From contig CAVORC010000023.1 in the NCBI GenBank assembly GCA_963698505.1, positions 14,034 through 78,033 on the forward strand: a stretch of DNA of 64,000 bases, read 5' to 3'. Below are positions 10,274-18,328 of this stretch, in pieces (within the stretch, counting starts at the first letter, position 1; each line of letters opens with the position of its first letter). The position numbers and the translations under genes are program-made. Below the pieces are notes generated by a model that saw only the letters and a program-made list of their open reading frames with translations, ran no database searches and was not told where the DNA came from. The stretch is from an uncultured Chloroflexia bacterium. Lineage in GTDB: Bacteria > Chloroflexota > Limnocylindria > Limnocylindrales > CSP1-4.

Positions 10274-10572
10274 TCGGTCGTGGGCGTTTGCGGCGGTCCG
10301 GGGTGAGGCGTCAGCGCTCATGCCCCCGACCGCGCGGAACTGCCGGCTCGGGTGTCAGATGAGATGTTGCCCGCTCGGGGCACGGTCTGAAGGTTGCTCA
10401 TCCCGCGCGATGCGTCCGCCGTTTGCGGCAGCACCCACGACCTCATCGAGGCCTTGGGGCTCCGAGTCTTCCGGACCTGCCGGTTGCGGAGATCGATCAT
10501 CGATCCGAGTACCTCCGTGGTCGACTCTACACCCCGGCGAGCCGCACGGGAAGCCCCTATCGTGGCCCGCTG

Positions 10573-11186
10573 TCACCGCTTGGCGGAGCCGCCGATGTCG
10601 CTCGCATCGAAGCTCCCGCCCGTCTGCCTTGAGCTGCTGCTTGTAGGCACGCTTGCGCTCCTGGTAGGTGGCCAGCGCGGCGGCCGAGTCGACGTCGGCG
10701 AGCGTGGGATACGTCGGCATCACGGCCTCCATGCCGTCGAGCTCGACACCGAAGCGGCGAGCCAGGATGGCCAGCAGTGCCTTCGCCTTCATGTCACCGA
10801 TGCCGGGCAGGGCAAGCAAGCGGCGCTCGAGGTCAGGCCCGTCGGCGGCCCCGGTCCAGATGCGAGTGGCGTCGCCGCCGTATTCCTCGGCGACGGCGGC
10901 GCAGAGTGCCTGGGTGCGCTTGGCCATGTTGCCCGGGAACCGGTGCAGGGCTGGCTTGGCTCGAAAGGCGCGCTCGAGATCGGTGGGGTCCATCGCCGCG
11001 ATCGGCGCCGGCGTCGAGGGTGCCGATGCGACGCTGCAGCTCGAGTGGCCCGCTGAAGGCCTTCTGCACGGTCACCTGCTGGTCCAGCGTGAAGCCGATG
11101 AGCAAGGCCATCGGGTCGGTCGCAAGCAGCTCGTCAGCTGCCCGGTCCCCGGTGAACGGAAGCTCCTGCGGCGGGTTCGTCTTCAT
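10573..11186 (-). pseudogene. HhH-GPD-type base excision DNA repair protein, interrupted by apparent frameshifts
   Basis: MKTNPPQELPFTGDRAADELLATDPMALLIGFTLDQQVTVQKAFSGPLELQRRIGTLDA is in one frame. (AP)IAAMDPTDLERAFRAKPALHRFPGNMAKRT...LPGIGDMKAKALL... is in another, with the shift near 11000-11012. A third high-GC3 frame gives TGGSFDASDIGGSAKR-stop at 10573. Confidence 0.6.
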
Positions 11187-11411
11187 GACTCGAGAGTACC
11201 CTGACCATCGTCGTGGGGCAGGATCCTGATGGTGCGCTACACTTGCTGTGCATCCCCGACCCGCACGCGGTCGAGCACCGGTTGACCGGAGTGCTCCCGC
11301 CAGCGCGCCGACACCACGACCACCGCTCCCCTCGGATGCGTCGAGCGGTACCAACCACCAAGGCCGAGCCCGAGCGCACGTGATCGTGGCGCCGCCGGCC
11401 GAAAGGACAAG

Positions 11412-11636
11412 ATGCTCACTCGCACACCCCACACGCCGACGACGATCAGTCGCCGGAGCCACGCCCAGCGGCGCCTGCGTCGTACCGCCTCCAGCCGGCT
11501 CTTCTGCAGCACCAACGGCTGCACCACCTTCCTCGTCCCTGACGAAGAGCGCCAACTCGCGGTCTGCCCGGTCTGCGGGCTGGAGCGTCGGCTCCGGCGC
11601 GAGCACCAGGACCACCCCGCGGCCCTGCCGCACTAG
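11412..11636 (+). CDS. small zinc-ribbon protein (hypothetical)
   Basis: 74 codons with about 88% GC at third positions (counted by hand). Cys pairs FCSTNGC ... VCPVCG. AAAGGA upstream. Confidence 0.45.
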   Translation: MLTRTPHTPTTISRRSHAQRRLRRTASSRLFCSTNGCTTFLVPDEERQLAVCPVCGLERRLRREHQDHPAALPH

Positions 11637-11656
11637 GCTACGAAGGTGCGGCAGCC

Positions 11657-12031
11657 GTGACCGGGCCCGCAGGCGGTCCGCGCTCGATGGAAGACGACCT
11701 CGTCCGCTGGGGCAAGGTCATCACGCTCGAGACCCGTGGCCGGCGCAGCGGCCTGCCGCGCCGGGTCACCATCGGGTTCGTCGACGAGCGCGACGGGTCA
11801 CTCCTCGTTGCCGCCGCCGATGAGACGACGAGCTGGGCCGCCAACCTCGCGGCGGAACCGGCCTGCCACGTCGAGCGCGACGGCCGCCGCGCTCGCTATC
11901 TGGCGCTGGCACTCGAGGGTGCTGACCACGCCGCCGCGGTGAGCGCCCTCATCCTCAAGTACGGCACGCCCTCGGAACGACTTGGTGGCGGTCCGGCGTT
12001 CCGGCTCGTTCCTGCTCCCAACGTCGGGTGA
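11657..12031 (+). CDS. deazaflavin (F420)-dependent nitroreductase family protein (DUF385/Ddn-like)
   Basis: VITLETRGRRSGLPRRVTIGFV...LLVAAADETTSWAANLAAEPA matches the Ddn/DUF385 family pattern. Confidence 0.7.
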   Translation: MTGPAGGPRSMEDDLVRWGKVITLETRGRRSGLPRRVTIGFVDERDGSLLVAAADETTSWAANLAAEPACHVERDGRRARYLALALEGADHAAAVSALILKYGTPSERLGGGPAFRLVPAPNVG

Positions 12032-12208
12032 TGCCGCGCACCGACCGCAGGCCCAACGACTACACTGGCGCCAACACACGCACGAGCTCTCGATGAACAC
12101 CGTCGCGGCGCCTCCGGGTCGGCGCCACGCGCAGGACGCGCCAAACGAACGTGTCAGCCCTGGACCTGGCCCTGCGGGGTGGGCGTCACGACGACCCGAA
12201 GGAACCGT

Positions 12209-13447
12209 ATGCCATTCGACCATCTGGGCCTGAGCCCGGAGCTCCTCCGCGCAGTGGCGGAAGAGGGCTACACCGAGCCCACACCCATCCAGGAACAGGC
12301 CATCCCCATCGTCCTGCGCGGTGCCGACCTGATGGCGCGCGCCCAGACCGGCACCGGCAAGACGGCGGCCTTTGCCCTGCCCATCCTCGAGCGCATGAAG
12401 GTCCACGCCAACAAGTCCTTCTCGCCCGCCCGCCACCCCATCCGCGTGCTCGTCGTCACGCCCACGCGCGAGCTGGCCATCCAGGTCCATGACAGCTTCA
12501 GGTCCTACGGCCGCCATGTCGGTCTTCGTTCCACCATCGTCTACGGCGGGGTGCCCATGGGCCCCCAGGAGAAGGACCTGCTCGGCGGCGTCGAGATCGT
12601 GGTCGCCACGCCGGGCCGGCTGCTCGATCACGCCGGCAGCCGCACCTTGAACCTGGGCCAGGTGGAGATCCTCGTCCTCGACGAGGGCGACCGCATGCTG
12701 GACATGGGCTTCATCGACGATATCCGCCGCATCCTCGCGCTGCTGCCAGCCAAGCGCCAGAACCTGCTCTTCTCAGCCACGCTCGATGCGGAGGTGCGCT
12801 CGCTCGCGAGCACCTTCCTGCACGCACCCGAATCGGTCGACGTGGCTCCGACCATCCGTGCTGCCGAGTCGGTCGAACAGGTGGCCTACCTCGTCGACCC
12901 CGACCGCAAGCGCGAGCTGCTGTCCTACCTGGTGCGCTCGCGCGATCTGCGGCAGGTGCTCGTCTTCACGCGCACCAAGCAGATGACCCGTCGGCTGGCC
13001 TCCCAGCTCGACCGCGGCGGCGTGGAGGCCACCGCCATCCACGGTGACCGCACCCAGCCCGAACGCGAGCGTGCCCTGGAGCAGTTCAAGAGCGGCGAGG
13101 TACGCGTGCTGGTCGCGACCGATGTGGCTGCCCGCGGCCTCGACATCGAGGCCCTCCCGGTCGTGGTCAACTACGAGATCCCCTACGACCCCGAGGACTA
13201 CGTCCACCGTATCGGCCGGACGGGCCGCGCCGGCATGGAGGGTATCGCCATCTCGCTCGTCTCCTTTGACGAGGAGGAGCAGCTGAAGGGGATCAACCGG
13301 CTTCTCAAGCGCGATCTGCCGGTGCGGCAGGTCAAGGGCTTCGAGGTCGACCCGGCCTCGCGTCCGGTCCGATCGAGCGGGCGCAACGGCCGCGGTCCGG
13401 CAGGCGGTCGACGCCCCACCGCGGCTCGCCGCCGCTCCAGTCGCTAG
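12209..13447 (+). CDS. rhlE: DEAD-box ATP-dependent RNA helicase
   Basis: Q-motif GYTEPTPIQ, AQTGTGKT, PTRELA, VLDEGDRM (DEAD variant DEGD), SAT and HRIGRTGRAG, with a basic C-terminal tail. Confidence 0.9.
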   Translation: MPFDHLGLSPELLRAVAEEGYTEPTPIQEQAIPIVLRGADLMARAQTGTGKTAAFALPILERMKVHANKSFSPARHPIRVLVVTPTRELAIQVHDSFRSYGRHVGLRSTIVYGGVPMGPQEKDLLGGVEIVVATPGRLLDHAGSRTLNLGQVEILVLDEGDRMLDMGFIDDIRRILALLPAKRQNLLFSATLDAEVRSLASTFLHAPESVDVAPTIRAAESVEQVAYLVDPDRKRELLSYLVRSRDLRQVLVFTRTKQMTRRLASQLDRGGVEATAIHGDRTQPERERALEQFKSGEVRVLVATDVAARGLDIEALPVVVNYEIPYDPEDYVHRIGRTGRAGMEGIAISLVSFDEEEQLKGINRLLKRDLPVRQVKGFEVDPASRPVRSSGRNGRGPAGGRRPTAARRRSSR

Positions 13448-16017
13448 TCCGCGACGCCTTCCGGGATACCCGCGAACGCCTGCACCCGGATGTCGCGCTG
13501 CAGGTCATCCGCGACCTCCACGAGGTGCCGACGTAGCAGGTCGCTGTCCGGATCCAACCGGGCGATGACGGCATGGATGCGCTCCAGCTCCGCCGGTTCT
13601 GCCCAGCGGTCAGGGACCAACCAGCGCAGATAGCTCTCCGCGTACGCGTGGTCGCGCGTAGCGTAGACCTCCACCACGCGCTCGTAGAAGGGCTCGCGGA
13701 AGGGCAGCAGGACCTCGCGTTGGTGGACCCACTGGAAGCCGCTGATGGCTGCTCGCGTGAGATGGTCAGAGCCGTACCCGTCAGCGTGGATCCGCGCCCA
13801 GGCACGACGCTTGGCGGCAGGGTCCGGGGCGCTCACCTGTGCCCGGATGAAGGCTCGCTGGCCCCGGTCGGATCCGTCCCGTTCCCGCTCGGCAGCAGCC
13901 CGCTCCAGCCCTCCATCGAGCTGATGGGCGACGGCCTTGATGGCCACCGTCCAGCGCAGCTGCTGGTCGGGCTCGAAGCCGTCGACCGACCATCGGCCGT
14001 CGACGAGGTCCAGCAGCTCCCTGACGTCGGCCGGGCCGGCCGCCGCGGTGGCCGCTGTCCGAGCCCACACCAGGCGCAGGTCGGAGTCGGCCGTGTTTCG
14101 CAGTGACCCGAGGGCCACGTGCATGAGCTCAGACGCCGCCGGGTCCGCCTGTGGCGCCGGAACGTATCGCCGCAGTGCCAGCAGGGCACGGTCCACGATG
14201 GACTGCAGCAGCAGCGTGTCGCTCTCGCGCGGCGCGAACTGGCGGACGGCCTCGAGATAGGCGCCGGAGCGCAGCTGACTGCCGCGCACCATCTCCCACA
14301 GCGTCGACCAGACCTGTTGCCGCAGCAGTGGATCGACCAGATCAGGCAGTCGCTCGAGGGCGAAATCGAGCGACACCGGATCCAGTTCCGCGAGGGCGTA
14401 GTCATGGTCACCGTGGTTGGGATAGACGAACAGCGGCGCCGGAAGGCCCACGGCCGCCGGCACCGCGGTCTGCGCCTCCTCGACCTGGACAGGGATGACA
14501 TCGATACGGAGCTCGCGGGTCCCGGGCGTGGCCGACAGCAGTGCCACGCTGGTGCTGTGGGGCCGCAAGGTGGCATGCTCGGGGGGCGCCGACTGCCGTA
14601 GCTCGAGGTGCTCGATGCGGTCGTCAGACGCGCTCCACTGCGCCCCGATCGTGTTGAGCGACGGCGTCTGCAGCCACAGCCGTGCCCACTCTTCGAGCGG
14701 ACGTCCGGCGGCATCGCCGAGAGCCCCGAGGAAGTCCGCCAGCGTGGAGTTGCCCCAGGCATGGCGCTCGATGTACGCGTGCAGGCCCCGCCGGAAGGCA
14801 TCGTCCCCGAGGGCCGCCACCAGCTGCTTGATGACCGCCGCGCCCTTCTCGTAGGTGATGGCATCGAAGTTGCCCACCGCCTGGTCGGTGTGCTCGACGC
14901 GGGTGGCGACCGGGTGTGATGTGGGCAGCTGGTCCTGGCGATAGGCGGCGGGGCGCATCTGACCGTTGAAGGTCTGCCAGGCATCGGTGAAGCGGGTGGC
15001 CTCGGCGAGGCAGCGATACGAGAGATAGGTGGCGAACGTCTCGTTGAGCCACAGGTCATCCCACCAGCGCATCGTCACCAGGTTGCCGAACCACATGTGG
15101 GCGAGCTCGTGAAGGATGACCTCGCCCCGGATCAATCGCTGGCCGTAGGTGGGAGGATCGCGGAAGAGGAAGCTGTCGTTGAAGGTGACCGCGCCCACGT
15201 TCTCCATGGCGCCGGCATTGAACTCCGGCACGAAGAGCTGGTCGTACTTGCTGAAGGGATAGCGGCGCCCGAACAGGTCGGCGTAGTAGTCGAGCCCCTG
15301 GGCCGTCAGCTCGAAGATCTCGTCGGCGCTGCGCTCGAGCTCGGCGCGCATGCTGGCGCGGCCGTAGAGACCCAGCGGCACGCCGCCGTGGGACGACTCG
15401 AGCGCCACGTACGGGCCAGCGATCAGCGAGAAGAGGTAGGTGGAGAAGCTGGCGGTGGGAGGGAAGTCGTGCATCCGGCGACCCTGCGACAGGTACGTCT
15501 TCTGGCTCGCCGCCTCGGCCGAGACCACCTGCCATTCATCGGGCGCGATCACCAGCAGGCGGTACGTGGCCTTGATGTCAGGCTGGTCGAAGCAGGGAAA
15601 GATGCGATGCGCGGAATAGGGCTCGAGATTGCTGTAGAGGTAGGTGGCACCGTCCTGCGGGTCGACGAAGCGGTGGAACCCGTCGCCGGTCGCGGCGTAG
15701 CTGCTCTCGTACTCGATGACGAGGCGATTGTGCATGCGCAGGTGTTCCGGCGCGATCCAGATCCGCCCATCGCGATGGTCCGGCTCGAGGTCCGTTCCGT
15801 TGGCGCGCAGCGAACGCACCCGGCCGCTGTAGTCGAGGAACAGTGGTCTGTCGCCGTCATCGAGATGGAACTCGATGACGGCGCTGCCGGTGTAGCTGTC
15901 GCGGCCCTCGGTCAGCTCCAGGTCCAGCCCGTACCTGACGTGGTGGACGCGGCCGGCTCGCTCCAGTGCCTCCTGGCGATAGAGCACGTCGCGCCCCCGG
16001 CCGCCGTTCGATCTCAT
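13444..16017 (-). CDS. pepN: aminopeptidase N (M1 family)
   Basis: GAMEN exopeptidase motif and the HELAHMWFGNLVTMRWWDDLWLNE zinc motif. The start is set at the internal ATG at 16017; the longer ORF head is Arg-rich. Confidence 0.9.
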   Translation of the reverse strand: MRSNGGRGRDVLYRQEALERAGRVHHVRYGLDLELTEGRDSYTGSAVIEFHLDDGDRPLFLDYSGRVRSLRANGTDLEPDHRDGRIWIAPEHLRMHNRLVIEYESSYAATGDGFHRFVDPQDGATYLYSNLEPYSAHRIFPCFDQPDIKATYRLLVIAPDEWQVVSAEAASQKTYLSQGRRMHDFPPTASFSTYLFSLIAGPYVALESSHGGVPLGLYGRASMRAELERSADEIFELTAQGLDYYADLFGRRYPFSKYDQLFVPEFNAGAMENVGAVTFNDSFLFRDPPTYGQRLIRGEVILHELAHMWFGNLVTMRWWDDLWLNETFATYLSYRCLAEATRFTDAWQTFNGQMRPAAYRQDQLPTSHPVATRVEHTDQAVGNFDAITYEKGAAVIKQLVAALGDDAFRRGLHAYIERHAWGNSTLADFLGALGDAAGRPLEEWARLWLQTPSLNTIGAQWSASDDRIEHLELRQSAPPEHATLRPHSTSVALLSATPGTRELRIDVIPVQVEEAQTAVPAAVGLPAPLFVYPNHGDHDYALAELDPVSLDFALERLPDLVDPLLRQQVWSTLWEMVRGSQLRSGAYLEAVRQFAPRESDTLLLQSIVDRALLALRRYVPAPQADPAASELMHVALGSLRNTADSDLRLVWARTAATAAAGPADVRELLDLVDGRWSVDGFEPDQQLRWTVAIKAVAHQLDGGLERAAAERERDGSDRGQRAFIRAQVSAPDPAAKRRAWARIHADGYGSDHLTRAAISGFQWVHQREVLLPFREPFYERVVEVYATRDHAYAESYLRWLVPDRWAEPAELERIHAVIARLDPDSDLLRRHLVEVADDLQRDIRVQAFAGIPEGVAD

Positions 16018-16148
16018 CCTGACGCGAGCATCCTCAAGGCGACTGACGATCAGCCCGGAGTCTAGCGCGCAGCCCCTTATCCCCGGCTTATCTGGCGTGC
16101 GCGACGGTGTGGACGAGGTCGACGGCCGCTTTGTGTCACTCTCTACGT

Positions 16149-17345
16149 ATGTCGCCTGTACCCTCCGCAGCCGAGTTGCTGCGCTCCGTCGGCCTCGATG
16201 TCGACGGCCCATCCCGCTGGGGCAGCAAGCCGCTCAGCCGCTCAGCCGGGATCTTCGCGGTCGAGATCGCGGAGGCGCTGACGTCCGCGCCCATCGACGT
16301 CGACGAGGTACGGCGCTGGCTCGAGCGAGTGCCCGACCTGCGCATGGACGGCGAGCGACCCACGCAGACCGCGCTGGCGACACGCCTCGCCTCGTTCTGG
16401 CTGCCGGGTCAGACGCTGCTCTATGTCGGGCGCACCGGCAAGAGCCTCGCCAGCCGCGTGGCCTCGCTCTACGCCACGGAGCTGGGACATGCGCAGCCGC
16501 ATCCCGGAGGCCACTGGCTCAAGACACTGCGCGAGCCGTCCCGGCTGCGGCTGTGGTGGGCAGAGACGGACGCGCCCGAGGAGTACGAGGACGAGATCAT
16601 CGCTGCCTTCGCCGCGGCCCTGCCGGATGAGGTCCGTGCACGCCTGCCGGAGGGTGCCCCGCCGCTGCCCTGGGCCAACCTGGACTCGCCGACCGGCCCG
16701 ACCCGACCGACCGGGCTCAGCCGCGCCCTCATCACCGTCGACGCCACTCCGGCCACGACCAGCGGCGTCAAGCGCTCGGACAGCACCAGCCGCAAGCGCA
16801 TCAGCCATGCCGCCAGCAGCCGCAGTCCTCGACGCACTGCGACCAAGGCCAGGCCCGGCAACGCGGCAGCCGCTGCCACGCCCCCCAAGGCGGCACCCAC
16901 GCACGTGACGGCCGACGGGCTCGTGGCCATGCAGGCCGAGCTTGAGCGGCTCAAGACCATCGAGCGCCCACAGGTGGTGGAGCGCGTGAAGCAGGCACGG
17001 GAGCTGGGCGACCTGCGTGAGAACGCCGACTACGAGGCTGCCCGCAACGAGCAGTCCTTCCTCGAAGGCCGCATCCTGGAGCTGGAACAGCGGGTCCGCA
17101 CCGCGGCGGTCATCGAGACCGCCTCCGGCGGGGCCATCTCGATGGGCTCGACGGTGGTGTACGAGGTCGACGGCAGGCGCGACCAGCTGAGCATCGTGGG
17201 CTCGACCGAATCGGACCCAGGCGCGGGCAGGATCAGTGCCGCCTCGCCGGTGGGCAAGGCACTCCTCGGGCACCGTGCCGGCGACGATGTCATCGTCACG
17301 ACGCCGGCCGCCCAGATCCACTACCGCATCGTGGAGATCAAGTAG
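16149..17345 (+). CDS. greA: transcription elongation factor GreA fused to a ~200-aa GIY-YIG-like N-terminal domain
   Basis: C-terminal 150 aa: VTADGLVAMQAELERLK...GDLRENADYEAARNEQSFLEGRILELE...ISAASPVGKALLGHRAGD is a complete GreA. N-terminal: FWLPGQTLLYVGRTGKSLASRVASLY...RLWWAET..EEYEDEII. A basic linker lies between them. Confidence 0.75.
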   Translation: MSPVPSAAELLRSVGLDVDGPSRWGSKPLSRSAGIFAVEIAEALTSAPIDVDEVRRWLERVPDLRMDGERPTQTALATRLASFWLPGQTLLYVGRTGKSLASRVASLYATELGHAQPHPGGHWLKTLREPSRLRLWWAETDAPEEYEDEIIAAFAAALPDEVRARLPEGAPPLPWANLDSPTGPTRPTGLSRALITVDATPATTSGVKRSDSTSRKRISHAASSRSPRRTATKARPGNAAAAATPPKAAPTHVTADGLVAMQAELERLKTIERPQVVERVKQARELGDLRENADYEAARNEQSFLEGRILELEQRVRTAAVIETASGGAISMGSTVVYEVDGRRDQLSIVGSTESDPGAGRISAASPVGKALLGHRAGDDVIVTTPAAQIHYRIVEIK

Positions 17346-17372
17346 GCGCCCGTCTCGCGATCCTCGTTCGCG

Positions 17373-18204
17373 TCAGCGTGGAGGAGGCCGCACGGCAGAC
17401 CGATCGGGTTTCCGCCGGCTCTGGCCGCGGTCCTTCACATCGGCCCAGCGAGCCGGGGAGCCGGGCTTCGCTGCGGGCACCGTGTGGTGTTGCTTGAGCC
17501 AGCCGAGCCGCCCGTCGGCCGTCACGACCTTCAGCCAGATCTCGCCGCGCGGCGTCGTCTTGGTGGCCTTGACCTTCAGCACCTGGCCGTCCCGCAGGCG
17601 GCCTCGCTGTCGGCCACGCTCGTCCACCGACCGACAGGCGCAGCGTGTGCGCCTCGGCCGAGCGACGCCAGTCACCCTTGCTGGAGCGGGAGCTCGTCCG
17701 CGGTGGCATGGCCGAGCCGTCTCGCGGCGCGCGCTTGCGCAGCTGCATGATGTTGGTCACGTAGCCCCTCGCGTAGCTGGACCAGCGCTTCTCGTTGCGG
17801 TCGGTCCGGCCCGTCAGCCACCAGTACGCCACGCGCTTCCACGACCCCAGCCAGCGGTACAGGTCGCGCAGCTTGCCGTAGGCCACCCGCTCCTGGTTGA
17901 ATGGCGTCTGGTCGGCGCGCCGGTCACCCAGGTACTGCTCGGCCCAGACCGGCCAGTTGAAGGGCATGATCTGGTACTTGCCGAAGGCTCCGGACGACCG
18001 GTTGCGTGCGTAGTAGTTCCAGCCCGACTCCTGGCCAGCCATGGCCCACATGAAGCGCAGCTGATCACGTTGCCCGGGGGCGCCGGCCTCGGCAGGCTGC
18101 GGCGACGCCACCGCAGCCAGGGAAGACACGAAGGACGCCGCCAGCAGCAGCGCCAGCCAGCGTCCCAGCGCATCGCGGGCATGGGCGGACGCGGGTTGAG
18201 ACAA
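17373..18204 (-). pseudogene. secreted lytic transglycosylase (SLT-like) with C-terminal SH3-like domain, apparent frameshift
   Basis: TTG start with GGAGG upstream and a signal peptide. WAMAGQESGWNYYARNRSSGAFGKYQIMPFNW is the SLT motif. The downstream frame VDERGRQRGRLRDGQVLKVKA...EIWLKVVTADGRLGWLKQHH is SH3b-like. The shift is near 17627-17634. Confidence 0.6.
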
Positions 18205-18328
18205 CGATCCCTCCGGTAGCCACGGTCGTCTGACCAGAGGCAGGGTGACGCAGCGCGCCTGGTGCGGCTACGGGACGATGGTCGGGTTGCGGAATGGTCC
18301 TGGGGTGAGCGGTGCGGTCGGTCGGCCG

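Noticed and set aside
10455-10485. Possible SRP (4.5S/ffs) RNA, because of CAGGTCCGGAAG on the minus strand.
   Set aside because: The 3' half of the conserved domain IV (GGAAGCAGCC) is absent; the sequence here is GACTCGGAGCCCC. No extended helix 8 or helix 5 pairing is evident.
10231-10560. Possible tmRNA on the minus strand: a GGGGTGTAGAGTCGAC 5' end, an ANGGRIARDEQ... tag-like frame, and a GTGGG...CCCAC T-arm-like hairpin.
   Set aside because: The 3' end cannot pair with the 5' GGGGTGT to form an acceptor stem, and there is no CCA-proximal ACACTCC. The T-loop would be 10 nt instead of 7. The putative tag does not end in the usual hydrophobic Ala-Ala.
18205-18328. A c-di-AMP (ydaO-type) riboswitch in the leader of the SLT/SH3 cell-wall hydrolase gene, as is common in actinobacteria.
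   Set aside because: The 124-nt leader lacks the conserved G-rich/ACCCA-type cores I remember for ydaO, and it shows no pseudo-twofold symmetric helices.
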